From an uncultured archaeon (lineage in GTDB: Archaea; Asgardarchaeota; Lokiarchaeia; Sigyniarchaeales; SOKP01): DNA of 64,000 nt. The DNA is taken from NCBI GenBank assembly GCA_964486045.1, contig CAZALK010000001.1, positions 712,242-776,241 of the forward strand. Reading direction: 5' to 3'. Shown here piece after piece: positions 30,503 through 41,293 of the stretch. Both the position numbers and the translations under genes were made by a program. The stretch's first letter is position 1; each line of letters begins with the position of its first letter. Under the pieces are notes generated by a model. The model ran no database searches, was not told where the DNA came from, and saw only the letters and a list, made by a program, of their open reading frames with translations.

Positions 30503-31543
30503 ATGAAAAATCCATTTAACAAGTTTTATCACGTTCCTAATTCAAAAGAATTGCTAGACATAGCCTTTAAAAGAGGGATGAAAAGTTCAGCGCAAGTCTC
30601 ACAAAATGCTCCAATTCTAATTAAAGCAAAAAAAAAGGAGTCTAAGCGTATTAAAGTCGCTGTAGAAGAGCTTTTAATTCGAATACTTAAAATTATTAAA
30701 ACAGTGCCTATTATTAATGAGTTACCTGACTTCTATAAAGAATTAGCATCTATTTTAGTCGATGTAGACAAATTAAGGTTGACTCTCGGCAAGTTAAATG
30801 GTATTATGCCCGTTTTACGTAAAATTGAGTCAGAACATCTAAGTCAACTAAGGAAAATTGAATTTCCGAAAGAAGGAGATCGTTTGCGAAGAGCCGCATT
30901 TGGAAGAATTTCTTCCATAATCAATAAACAAAACATTAATCTCGAATATTTAAACAGTATAAGAGGTAGTTTAAGACAAATCCCATCAATTGATTATACT
31001 ATGCCATGTGTAGTTGTCGCGGGGTATCCAAATGTAGGTAAAAGTAGCATTGTAAAAAATATATCAACAAATAAAAAGATTGTAGTAAGAGAATATCCAT
31101 TTACCACTAAAAAATTGATAATGGGGCATTTAGAAATTGAGCGAAAATTTGAGAAAATTAAAATTCAGTGCCTAGATACACCCGGGATATTAGACAGGCC
31201 AATGTCAAATAGGAACAGTATTGAATTACAAGCTATCCTTGCATTAAGGCTCATATCTGATCTAATTATATTTGTTTTTGACCCTACACCCGCTTGTGGT
31301 TATGATGTATTGTCCCAAATTGAACTGTTTAATGAAATAAAAGAAAAATTTACGAGAGACGGAAAAATCGAAATTTTAACTGTATTTAATAAAATGGATC
31401 TAGCCAAAGACTCTGAAATTGAATATTTAAAGGATTATCTAAAGCTTGATGATAATGAATTTTATTTAACTAATGCTCTTAGTGGGGAAAATTTGGATAA
31501 AATAATTGACGCTTTAAAGGAAAGATATAGGGGTAATGAATAA
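30503..31543 (+). CDS. NOG1-family GTPase
   Basis: ELLDIAFKR, GYPNVGKSS, YPFTTK, DTPGILDRP, NKMD. Confidence 0.92.
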   Translation: MKNPFNKFYHVPNSKELLDIAFKRGMKSSAQVSQNAPILIKAKKKESKRIKVAVEELLIRILKIIKTVPIINELPDFYKELASILVDVDKLRLTLGKLNGIMPVLRKIESEHLSQLRKIEFPKEGDRLRRAAFGRISSIINKQNINLEYLNSIRGSLRQIPSIDYTMPCVVVAGYPNVGKSSIVKNISTNKKIVVREYPFTTKKLIMGHLEIERKFEKIKIQCLDTPGILDRPMSNRNSIELQAILALRLISDLIIFVFDPTPACGYDVLSQIELFNEIKEKFTRDGKIEILTVFNKMDLAKDSEIEYLKDYLKLDDNEFYLTNALSGENLDKIIDALKERYRGNE

Positions 31544-31551
31544 TTTCCCAT

Positions 31552-31593
31552 ATAGTTATTGGGTTAGATATAGGTGGTGCAAATACAAAAGTT
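31552..31593 (+). pseudogene. Displaced 5' remnant of mfnF
   Basis: Encodes IVIGLDIGGANTKV versus MIILGLDIGGANTKA at 36623. The frame stops at 31613. Confidence 0.8.
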
Positions 31594-31656
31594 GAGAAAG
31601 ATATCTATAATTAAATAATATAATTAAAAATTCAACTTCAATTTTAATTTACCTTC

Positions 31657-33144
31657 TCAAATCCGTCTTAATTTTTTCAAGGTTCGCGAGAAATCTTGAG
31701 TTAGACGATTGATCCACGTCGATTTTATAGAATATGAGTAATAATCTTTAGTAGGAAACCTAATTAACTGATTTTTCTCATTAACAATCTCAGCATAAAA
31801 TTTAATATAAGTCCCTGCTTGAAACGGTTGAATTAATCCTGTTAAATGACCTTTATGCATAACAAGGGGAACAGGATGCCAAATATCCTCACGCGGAGTG
31901 TAATAATACATAGTTCCATGAAGAGAATGAATTTTTGGATAACTAATAAAAGGAACAATATTTTTCTCAATATTTTGCATCTGATTAGCTCTATAAATTT
32001 TTAGTCCGACTGCTTCTTTCCTCTCTACTTTAAAAGGGCTATATTGAATAATATATAAATAAGTATCCCAGGAACCAATTATTATCTCTTTTTTACCATT
32101 ATTATTGAGATCATATAATGTAGGTGTAGCAAAAATAGGTCCATCGGTCGAATACTTTGTTAAGATATTCCCATGAAGATCTACTATGTAGACATTACCA
32201 TCCCATCCCCCTATCACAATCTCAGGAGAATCGTCTCCAGTCACATCCCCTACTGTTGGTGATGACCATAAGTAGGTATTAAGATCAATTGGAAAACCAG
32301 AGAAGGGTGTACCATTACTCCTCCAAGCATATAATTTATCAGAGCCAACTATTATTTCCTTTTGTCCATTTCCATCAAGATCATATATTGCAGGAGTTCC
32401 AACTGTATAGCTTAGAGTCTTGTTTGGCCAACTTTGAAACTTTTTTCCATTTCCTTGAAAAATATAAATTTGATCAGAAGCTACAATAACTTCTTTTTTA
32501 TTATTGCCATTTAAGTCTACAATTTTAGGAGAAGACCAAACAAAATGTCCGGTCTCAATTGGCCACCCACTTAAAGGAGATCCATTAATTTGCCAAGCAT
32601 AAACTTTGCAATCCCAAGAGCCAATTACAATATTTGAATGACCATCATCATTAATATCTCCAATTGCTGGAGAACTTGATATAAATCCATTAGTTTTCTG
32701 AGGCCAACCATTTAATAGTTTTCCATCAGGTTTCCAGATATAAACGTTACCATCATCTGAACCCACTATTATTTCTAATACACCATCCTTATCCAGATCG
32801 ACTAGTTCAGGAGTACTGTAGACATCTCCTCCTGTTCTCAATGGAAATCCTTTTAAAATATTCCCTGATTTATCAAAAGCATATATACAATCATCATCAC
32901 ATCCTACTATAATAACAGAAGAATCATTACCATATAAATCTCCAACTTTTGGCCTAGATGCGAAAAAATTTTTACCTTTAACCGGGAATCCTGATAAAAT
33001 TGAGCCATCTGATTTCCAAACATACACAGCATCCGATACAGCTATAATTTCATTATTTTTGTCACCTATAAAGTCACACACAGTTGCTTGCGCACTGATA
33101 TAACCCTTAGTAGGAAATCTCGTAGTGTGAATCTTTGTATTCAT
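31657..33144 (-). CDS. FG-GAP/VCBS-repeat beta-propeller protein
   Basis: Repeated SSP...DLDxDG..EIIVGS.D...Y.W..DG....GWP units. No obvious signal peptide. Confidence 0.85.
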   Translation of the reverse strand: MNTKIHTTRFPTKGYISAQATVCDFIGDKNNEIIAVSDAVYVWKSDGSILSGFPVKGKNFFASRPKVGDLYGNDSSVIIVGCDDDCIYAFDKSGNILKGFPLRTGGDVYSTPELVDLDKDGVLEIIVGSDDGNVYIWKPDGKLLNGWPQKTNGFISSSPAIGDINDDGHSNIVIGSWDCKVYAWQINGSPLSGWPIETGHFVWSSPKIVDLNGNNKKEVIVASDQIYIFQGNGKKFQSWPNKTLSYTVGTPAIYDLDGNGQKEIIVGSDKLYAWRSNGTPFSGFPIDLNTYLWSSPTVGDVTGDDSPEIVIGGWDGNVYIVDLHGNILTKYSTDGPIFATPTLYDLNNNGKKEIIIGSWDTYLYIIQYSPFKVERKEAVGLKIYRANQMQNIEKNIVPFISYPKIHSLHGTMYYYTPREDIWHPVPLVMHKGHLTGLIQPFQAGTYIKFYAEIVNEKNQLIRFPTKDYYSYSIKSTWINRLTQDFSRTLKKLRRI

Positions 33145-33335
33145 CGTATGAACTCTAACTCATCTTCGACAATTTTTTTATTAAACTTGAGCATGTGATT
33201 TAGATCAAATTTTATTGGTAAGTATTAAAAAAACTCTAATTAAATTATAAGAAAAATATTTATATCTCAATCTAACAAACTTTTAATGTATTATTTAAGA
33301 TACAGTAAAATCTAAAACTTCCATTCCTATATATT

Positions 33336-35684
33336 TTGACAATTGTTAATTTACTTGGAAAATCGAAGTTATTATATCAAATTATACAGTATTTTGATTT
33401 GTTTGATTATCCAGTAAAATTTGCTGAATTAGTGCAATTACTAGACATAAAACCTAACGTAATACACAGTGAGTTGAAATTCTTAATATCCAAAAAATTA
33501 ATATCAAAATTAAAAGAATATTTTTTTATACCAAAAAAAGACTGGACGATTCTAGAAAGAGTTAAATCAGAGAATAATTTTCAAATTAATATTATCAAAA
33601 TTGTTAGAGCAGGATGGATTTTGTCTCATTTTCCATTTGTTAGAGCTATTATATTAACCGGTTCTGCTTCAAAAAATATTCTTGGGGAATACGATGACTT
33701 TGATTTTTTGGTTATTACAGAGCCAAACTATATTTGGATTTGTAGATTGTTTATTGATTTGTTTAAAAGATTAGTATCCTTAAATTATCATTATTCAAAT
33801 CCTAGATTTTTTGATTGCAACTATTTCATTAGCGCAAACAATCTAAAAATACAAGAAAAGAATGAATTTACAGCTTTAGAAATTTTTTATTGTAAACCTA
33901 TTTATAATTATCCACTATACACGAAATTTATTGACGAAAACGACTGGATATACCAGAAATTTAAAATTCCTTCAAATAATGGATTAAAGCTTTCAGTGAA
34001 TCGACGAATACAATTTATACAATTAATTCTAGAATACTTAATAAAGATCTTTTTAAAAATTTTTTATCGGGGAAATAAACTGGAAAAAATTATATATGCA
34101 TTATATCATCAAATTTTAAAGAAAAATCAGTTAATTAGTACTTATAAAGAATTTAGAAAAGATGCAAGTTTTTCTCGAATTAAAATACTTGGAAATACTC
34201 AATCTTTTATGGTTGATAGCTTTCAGAATATCTCCAAAATCCAGTATAGGAATAATATAAGAACGAAAGTTTTACGATCATATTTAAAAGCAAAACCAAA
34301 TGAATCTCAGGGTTTAGACATCATTTTAACTCATGCTTATTACTTGTCAAAGACGAAAAGAGATAAAAAAGTAAAAAAACCATACATACCTCTTGGTCCA
34401 CTCTACATTGCAAGTCACTTACAAGCAAATGGATTTAATGTGGCGTTTTATGATACGACATTTACGAAGGGACCTTCTCATTTCTCAAAGGACCTAATAA
34501 AAAGGTTCAAGAATAAATCTTTTGGAGTAATTGGAATTTATATCAATGAAATGACAAGAAAAAACGCGTTAAAAATGATAAAAGCGTGTCGACATATGGG
34601 TATAGTAGTAATTGTGGGAGGTCCCGATCCTTCAAATGTACCTGAATTATATATTAAGAATGGGGCAAACATAGTTGTAATTGGCGAGGGTGAGCAAACC
34701 GTATTGGAAATTTTACAAAACATTAAGAATCCAACAAAACCCTTAACAGAAATTAAAGGAATTTACTCAGGAAGAGGATTTTCACAACCTCGCAAATATA
34801 TAAACAAATTGGATGATCTTCCCTTTCCTGCATATGATCTACTCGTTCTTAAGCCTTATTTTCATATTTGGAAAAAATTTCATGGACATACTGAAATGAG
34901 TCTAATAACTTCTCGAGGATGCCCATACGATTGTAGTTGGTGTTCTAAACCAGTGTTTGGGAATACTCTGAGGCTAAGGTCACCTAGAAACGTAGTACAT
35001 GAGCTGGTTTACTTGATAGATAAATATAATCCTGATCTTATTCATATTAATGATGATATTTTTGGAATTAATGAGAATTGGTTAAAAAAATTTCATTTTG
35101 AAATCTTCAATAACAACGTTAGGATTAATTATGAATGCTTGTTAAGAATAGATATAGTAAACACTAAAATTCTACAGTTATTAAAAGAATCTGGATGTAG
35201 TTGCATATGGCTTGGCATAGAATCAGGATCACAAAAAATTCTTAATAGAATGAAAAAGAGGATAAATATTGATCAACTGGAACTGAAAGTGGAAATGATA
35301 AGGAAGGTTAAATTAAAAGTAGGGTTCTTTATTATGCTAGGATACCCCGGAGAAAATTCAACAGATATTGAATTAACTAGAAAATTACTTCAATTGACTA
35401 AACCTAATTTTCTAGGGATATCAATGGCATATCCTATAACGAATACTAAATTCTACAATGATATTGCTCCTTATTTGAAGAGATCACGATTTAAACTAAG
35501 ATTAGAAAGCAGTTCTCGTTTATTGTTTAAGACTAAATATCCTCCATTTTATTATGGAATAGTTAGAAGATTACTTGAAACCGAGAAAAAAATTTATAAT
35601 AATATAGGAGTAGCTCTATTTAATAAAATTCTCGCGAAAATTTATTCACTTATTTATAGAATTTTTATATTATGTCTCAATTGA
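33336..35684 (+). CDS. Nucleotidyltransferase-like domain fused to a B12-binding radical SAM enzyme
   Basis: N-terminal LTGSAS...DDFDFLVI. C-terminal PLGPLYIAS, VGGPDPS, GEGE, SRGCPYDCSWC, GIESGSQ, GYPGE. Confidence 0.85.
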   Translation: MTIVNLLGKSKLLYQIIQYFDLFDYPVKFAELVQLLDIKPNVIHSELKFLISKKLISKLKEYFFIPKKDWTILERVKSENNFQINIIKIVRAGWILSHFPFVRAIILTGSASKNILGEYDDFDFLVITEPNYIWICRLFIDLFKRLVSLNYHYSNPRFFDCNYFISANNLKIQEKNEFTALEIFYCKPIYNYPLYTKFIDENDWIYQKFKIPSNNGLKLSVNRRIQFIQLILEYLIKIFLKIFYRGNKLEKIIYALYHQILKKNQLISTYKEFRKDASFSRIKILGNTQSFMVDSFQNISKIQYRNNIRTKVLRSYLKAKPNESQGLDIILTHAYYLSKTKRDKKVKKPYIPLGPLYIASHLQANGFNVAFYDTTFTKGPSHFSKDLIKRFKNKSFGVIGIYINEMTRKNALKMIKACRHMGIVVIVGGPDPSNVPELYIKNGANIVVIGEGEQTVLEILQNIKNPTKPLTEIKGIYSGRGFSQPRKYINKLDDLPFPAYDLLVLKPYFHIWKKFHGHTEMSLITSRGCPYDCSWCSKPVFGNTLRLRSPRNVVHELVYLIDKYNPDLIHINDDIFGINENWLKKFHFEIFNNNVRINYECLLRIDIVNTKILQLLKESGCSCIWLGIESGSQKILNRMKKRINIDQLELKVEMIRKVKLKVGFFIMLGYPGENSTDIELTRKLLQLTKPNFLGISMAYPITNTKFYNDIAPYLKRSRFKLRLESSSRLLFKTKYPPFYYGIVRRLLETEKKIYNNIGVALFNKILAKIYSLIYRIFILCLN

Positions 35685-36493
35685 TTAATAACTATAAAAA
35701 TTCAAAGTTAGTTTGGGATAGTTTAGCGGATGCTTACGACGAAAGATTCAATCATCCATATATCAATCAATATATGAGAAAGATAAGCCAGGAATGCTTG
35801 ATAAAATATTTCAATAAAAGTTCTCATCTTTTAGAAATTGGATGTGGAACTGGTGACGAAGCTATTTTTTTTGCAAGGAAAAATAAAAAAGTTACAGCAA
35901 TTGATATATCCCCTAAAATGATAGAAATTGCTAAATCGAAAGCGATGAAAGAAAATGTTGAGAAAAACATTGATTTTTATGCAATCCCCGTTGAAAAACT
36001 AAAAAGTATTCCAAATATAAAGTATAATGGTATTTATTCATCTTTTGGTACATTGAATTTAGTGTCTAATTTAACCACTCTCGCGAAAACTTTAGAAAAC
36101 GTTATGTCACCCTCAAGTTATTTCATAGCATCAGTAATGAATAAGTATTGCTTATTTGAAATATTTTATTTCTTAGTACACGGAAAATTGAAACAAGCAT
36201 TTCGTAGAATTTCAAAAGATTCTGTTCCCGTAAGATTAAATCCTAAACTCCCATCATTAAACTGTCACTATTATTCTCCTACTTACTTCTACTATCATTT
36301 TAAGAAATATTTTTCTTTAGTAGAGGTTTGTGCTCTTCCCTTCCTTATTCAGGCACCATATATTGACACAGTTCAGAAGTTTGTTAGAAATATATTATAT
36401 AAAATGCTTTTTCTTGATAAGAAATTGTCAAAAATTTTCCCATTTAATAGATTTGGAGATCATTTTATTATAGTGATGAAAAAAAGAACTTAA
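35672..36493 (+). CDS. Class I SAM-dependent methyltransferase
   Basis: LEIGCGTG, IDISPKMI, SSFGTLN. Confidence 0.88.
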   Translation: MSQLINNYKNSKLVWDSLADAYDERFNHPYINQYMRKISQECLIKYFNKSSHLLEIGCGTGDEAIFFARKNKKVTAIDISPKMIEIAKSKAMKENVEKNIDFYAIPVEKLKSIPNIKYNGIYSSFGTLNLVSNLTTLAKTLENVMSPSSYFIASVMNKYCLFEIFYFLVHGKLKQAFRRISKDSVPVRLNPKLPSLNCHYYSPTYFYYHFKKYFSLVEVCALPFLIQAPYIDTVQKFVRNILYKMLFLDKKLSKIFPFNRFGDHFIIVMKKRT

Positions 36494-36622
36494 TTATCTT
36501 TATTCATTGAGATATAAAAGAAAAAATAAAAAATATTAAGTTTGATTTGGTAATTTCTAAATCGATAAATTAGATAAAATGTAGTAAAATAATCATAAAA
36601 AAAAGTAAAAAATAATTTTTCA

Positions 36623-37693
36623 ATGATAATTTTAGGTTTAGATATTGGTGGCGCAAATACGAAAGCTGCCTTATTGCACTTTAGAGAAAAAAAAATCACT
36701 AAATCCTTTTCATACATTGAATATTTTCCATTTTGGAAAAATACTATTACAGAAATCCCTGATCTGTTGCGAAGGGTGTTTAAAAAGCTAGTTGAAGAAA
36801 ATAGTTTTACACATAAAAATATTGATTACATTGCTGTTACCATAACTGCTGAACTATCTGATGCTTTTCAAACTAAGAAAGAGGGAATCTCACTAATTTT
36901 AGATGCTTTGGAAACAATATTTAAAAAAGAAAAATTGAGATTCATAACTAATAAAAGTAAATTTATAAATCTCCAAAGGGCTAAATCTAACTGTTTGTCA
37001 ATCGCAGCAGCTAATTGGGCATCGACAGCTTTATTTTTAGGAAAATATATATCAATGTGTGTTTTGATTGATGCTGGTTCAACAACAATAGATGTAATTC
37101 CTATACATGAATCATTACCCGTACCTAAAGGAATAGATGATGCTTCACGTCTACTAAATCACGAATTGATTTATACAGGAGGTTTAAGAGCTACAATCCC
37201 CTCTATAACCCATCATGTTCTCTATAAAGGCAAAAATATTCGTATTTCCTTTGAAAAATTTGCTTTAATTTCTGACGTTTATAGAATTTTGAACTTAATT
37301 TCAGAGGAAGATTACATTAACGATACTGCTGATAATCGTTCAAAATCATTAAAAAATTGTTATTCTCGTCTTTCAAGAGTGATTTGTATGGATCCTGAAA
37401 CGATTTCAATAGAAGATTTAAATATTATTGCTAAATCCATTTATGAAAAGCATTTAAATATTATTACAGAAGAAATAAAATCATTTATGGTAATTCTTTT
37501 AGGGAGATATGATGAATTTAAAACAGAACCAAAATTTGTAATAACAGGATTATCTTCTGATTTTCTAATCAAAATTCCTCTAAAAAATTTAGGTTTTCAC
37601 AATATTTTAAGTTATGAAGAAATAACAAAGATTCCAAATAAAATAAGCTCATCTGCTTTTGCTGTAGCAGGAGCATTATTTCACCAATTATAA
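36623..37693 (+). CDS. mfnF: Hydantoinase A-like methanofuran biosynthesis protein
   Basis: GLDIGGANTK, YFPFWK, TAELSDAF.TK.EG, AAANW, DAGSTTIDVIP, ELIYTG.LR. Confidence 0.8.
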   Translation: MIILGLDIGGANTKAALLHFREKKITKSFSYIEYFPFWKNTITEIPDLLRRVFKKLVEENSFTHKNIDYIAVTITAELSDAFQTKKEGISLILDALETIFKKEKLRFITNKSKFINLQRAKSNCLSIAAANWASTALFLGKYISMCVLIDAGSTTIDVIPIHESLPVPKGIDDASRLLNHELIYTGGLRATIPSITHHVLYKGKNIRISFEKFALISDVYRILNLISEEDYINDTADNRSKSLKNCYSRLSRVICMDPETISIEDLNIIAKSIYEKHLNIITEEIKSFMVILLGRYDEFKTEPKFVITGLSSDFLIKIPLKNLGFHNILSYEEITKIPNKISSSAFAVAGALFHQL

Positions 37694-37707
37694 TTGAACT
37701 GAGGATA

Positions 37708-38433
37708 ATGGAATACGCTAGTGTGATATTTAAAATTGGAGGTAAGATTTTAGAGAACGTTGAAGATTTAACTTCTACTATTTCTCAACTTACTAATTTA
37801 TATGATAAGGGGCGTATACAGAAAATTATTTTAATCCCCGGTGGAGGAACACATGCAAATTTCATCAGAAAAGTATACAGCGAACTAAAACTTACTGAAG
37901 AACTTGGACACTGGATGGGAGTAATATCCATGAATTATAATGGAATTGAATTGGGTAAGAAATTCCCTGAATTGGAGGTTATTGAAGATATTAATAGATT
38001 AAAGAAATTTGATAAAAATATTTGTATTTTTCTTCCCTACCGGTTCTTAAAAGATATTGATAGACTACCACATAGTTGGGATGTAACCTCTGATTCCATA
38101 ACTCTTTCTATAGCAGAAGAGATAGGAATACCTTACTGTTTCTTAATTAAAGATATTGATGGTATTTTAAATAATGAAAATCAAGTTATCAAAGAACTTA
38201 CCACCTCAGATTACAAGAAAATGAAAGAATCTGGGAAGTTAGGTGTGTTTGAAAGTGATGAAGGTGAGTTAAAAAACCAATCTAGGCCAGTTGATTCTTA
38301 TTTACTTACTTTAATTGAAAAGTGGAAAATCTCTTGTGTGATTCTAAATGGTAAATCGAATAGTCAAAGAATTATTGATTATTTTGATATATCAAAATCC
38401 AACTCTGATAAAATCTTCTCAATCATTAAATAA
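37708..38433 (+). CDS. mfnE: Amino-acid-kinase family methanofuran biosynthesis kinase
   Basis: KIGG, IPGGG..AN.IR, HWMG, LPHSWDVTSDSI, KDIDG. Adjacent to mfnF. Confidence 0.78.
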   Translation: MEYASVIFKIGGKILENVEDLTSTISQLTNLYDKGRIQKIILIPGGGTHANFIRKVYSELKLTEELGHWMGVISMNYNGIELGKKFPELEVIEDINRLKKFDKNICIFLPYRFLKDIDRLPHSWDVTSDSITLSIAEEIGIPYCFLIKDIDGILNNENQVIKELTTSDYKKMKESGKLGVFESDEGELKNQSRPVDSYLLTLIEKWKISCVILNGKSNSQRIIDYFDISKSNSDKIFSIIK

Positions 38434-38476
38434 ATAAAATCTTGACTATTTGTATTATTGAAAATGGTGCTCGTTT

Positions 38477-39754
38477 ATGGCTGATATAGAAAATATTAAA
38501 AATATCGCAATTATTGGGGGTGGTATAATGGGCTCAGGTATCGCTCAAGTTGCCCTACTTACAGGATATGAGAAAGTTACTGTTATTGATCTTAGTTCTG
38601 AAATTCTTGAAAAGTCAAGAAAACTGATTCAAACCCGAATGGAGGCTCTTGAATCTAGGGAAAAATTTACGGAATTTTTCGCCTCCAATTAAATGGTAAT
38701 GAATTTGGACATAAAGAAGAAATTGGGGAGTTTCGAATCGGTCGGTATTATCAGTAATAAAGTTGATACAAAAACCATTATGAGTCGCCTGTCAATAGAA
38801 ACGGAAATTTCGAAAGGAGTTGAAGATGCTGATTTTGTAATTGAAGCTGTTTCTGAAAAATTAGATCTAAAACAGAACATATTTAAACAGCTTGGAGAAT
38901 TTACTCCAACTCGAGCGGTCTTAGCAACAAATACATCATCAATGAGTATTTCAAAAATTGCTCAGTTTTCCAGGGAACCCAAAAAGATAATTGGTATGCA
39001 CTTTCACACTTTTTTCCCAATACTCGGAATGTTAATTGAGATCACTCCTGGGGAAAAATCATCAGAGGATTCTCTTGAAATTGGTCAGACAATTGCACAA
39101 AAATTTCCGTGCTTGACAGGTAAAAGGTTCACGTTTCAGCTTGAAAAAGAAACTGCTGGATTAATCGCAAACAGAATCTCCTTTCCTATTTTTCTCTACA
39201 CCAATTGGTTTTCAAAACATGCAATCGCTAATGGAATTTCTCGCGAGCAGTTAGATGCTGCCGGTTTTTCACTTGAAGTAGCTGATCGTATTGGTCTAGA
39301 TACTATTTATTTTCTTCAAAAATATCTCGAAAAATACCTTTCCCCTGATTTTTCTCCTGGTGAAGAATTAGCGAAATTAGTAAATGAAGGAAGGTTAGGT
39401 AAGAAGGTTGGAAAAGGATATTATAATTGGAATGAAAATGAGCCAATAAAGAATCTTCCCTCTTTAGATCCGAAAACAATGGAGTTTATAAGTAAAAATT
39501 TTAGTGCTGAAATAATCGAAGCCCTTAGACTAAATGAAGGTTGTAGGTTACTAGAAGAAGGAGTAGTAAAAGGTTATAGATTAATTGATAAGGTGCTTTT
39601 TAAAGGAAATTTCACCCCAGGGCCTTTTAGAGTAGGGAAAGATAAGTATAAAGAGTGGGTTAAACTGCTTTATCAAGTGGCGGAAAAATCGGGGAAATCC
39701 TATTTGAAGCCTTGTGAAATGATGGAATCGGGAAAGTTTATTTCTCTGGAGTAA
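38477..39754 (+). pseudogene. 3-hydroxyacyl-CoA dehydrogenase interrupted by an in-frame TAA (38690-38692)
   Basis: GGGIMGSGIA lies before the stop. DADFVIEAVSE, ATNTSS, GMHF and GRLGKKVGKGYY follow it in the same frame. Confidence 0.8.
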
Positions 39755-39890
39755 TCATTAGATGATTCAAAAACATTAAAGAAAAATCACTAACCGAATC
39801 ATAAGGAAGTTGGTAATTTTATAAATTAAAGTTTTAATTATGTTGATGCTAAATTAATATTAGTACGATCTAAAATTGAGAGCTATTAAC

Positions 39891-40394
39891 ATGTCAAATA
39901 TTGAAGAAATGAAGAAGAATGCTGAATTCTTGATAAATAATCTCCCCGGAAAAGATGTACCCGGTGTTGCTAAAATCAATGTGCGATATAAAAATTTAGT
40001 AAACTTCGCAAAATGTTTTGGTATTACCGATCCAAAATACGTTGGTCCTGAAGAAGAGGGAATAATTGCGTGTCATGCATATGCTAATGCCTATACAATA
40101 AAAGGACTTTACACACTAGTCCCTGGGGCTAGATTAGTCCAAGATGGAGAAGAACGTATGATTGTAAAAAATCCTAGAATGATACTTCATGCGGGAAATA
40201 AATATAATTGGGAAGGTTGCGTAGATGTAAAACCAGGGGATAAGTTAAAAGCCACTGCAAAATGGGGAAAAGTATGGTTAGTAGAAGCAAATATGATGTT
40301 ATTTGCGGAATTAATTACAACTATTAAAAATCAAAGTGATGAAATTGTATGTAATGTAGTAGTAACTGCCGGTATAAGAAAAGGAGGCTATTAA
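39891..40394 (+). CDS. MaoC/FAS1-like hot-dog dehydratase subunit
   Basis: FAKCFGITDPKY, ILHAGNKY, VKPGDKL. Paired with the downstream MaoC gene. Confidence 0.7.
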   Translation: MSNIEEMKKNAEFLINNLPGKDVPGVAKINVRYKNLVNFAKCFGITDPKYVGPEEEGIIACHAYANAYTIKGLYTLVPGARLVQDGEERMIVKNPRMILHAGNKYNWEGCVDVKPGDKLKATAKWGKVWLVEANMMLFAELITTIKNQSDEIVCNVVVTAGIRKGGY

Positions 40395-40398
40395 AGAA

Positions 40399-40947
40399 AT
40401 GGTTAAAATATCAGATTTAAAAATAGGACAAGTTTTTACCAATGAATTTGATGCTCTTACAAGGGATTTATTAAAGCAATATGCTAAGGCATCAGGAGAT
40501 ACTAATCCCATACATGTAAATGATTCTGTAGCGGAAGCCGCAGGGTTAAAGGGAGTTATAGCTCATGGATTATTCTCATTTGGGTTCATTAGTAAACTCT
40601 TTGAAGATCTCCTTGAGCATGGGAAATATGGTAAAATTATTGAGTTCCTGGTGGAGATGCGTGGGATGGTCCGGGTAGGAGATAAACTTGTAACAGAAGC
40701 TACGATTGAAAAAATTGAGGGGAAAAGAGTTTTTCTTAAAGTAACACAAATAAGTTTTACCAAAGTTGATATAAAAGACAACAATGGTAATATTGTCAAA
40801 CAATTTGAAGCTGGTGAAAGAGGGTATATTAGTGAAAAAGATATTGAACGAGGATTAGTAAAAACAAAAGAAGTTTCAGAAGGTACGTTAACTTATCGAG
40901 AACGAATTGCTATTCCTGGTAGTGCGATTATTGAACTTTCTGAATAG
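40399..40947 (+). CDS. MaoC-family (R)-enoyl-CoA hydratase
   Basis: YAKASGDTNPIH...A...GL.GVIAHG. Confidence 0.88.
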   Translation: MVKISDLKIGQVFTNEFDALTRDLLKQYAKASGDTNPIHVNDSVAEAAGLKGVIAHGLFSFGFISKLFEDLLEHGKYGKIIEFLVEMRGMVRVGDKLVTEATIEKIEGKRVFLKVTQISFTKVDIKDNNGNIVKQFEAGERGYISEKDIERGLVKTKEVSEGTLTYRERIAIPGSAIIELSE

Positions 40948-41293
40948 ATGAAATTTTAAAATCTCAAAACTATCTTTTTTTAAGATTTAACCCATTAACT
41001 TAATTTATTACCATCCTTTAAAGAAAAGGCTGTCAATCGAAAAGTCTTTCTACCCAATAATCTCTAATATTAAGAAAAAATCAACATTGTTTCTTTAGGA
41101 CAATTATCTATTTATTAAAACTAAAGGTTTTATCATCCATTTCTTAAGAGGAATAATTTCTCTTAAGTTTTTTTCCTTCATTTTTTATGATTTTATAATA
41201 TTTGCCATAATTATTTTAAAAGATATTTATACTACTTTGATAGAAGAGATCTTTGAGAAAGAAATTTTTAAAAATGTAAAAATTCCAAGATAA

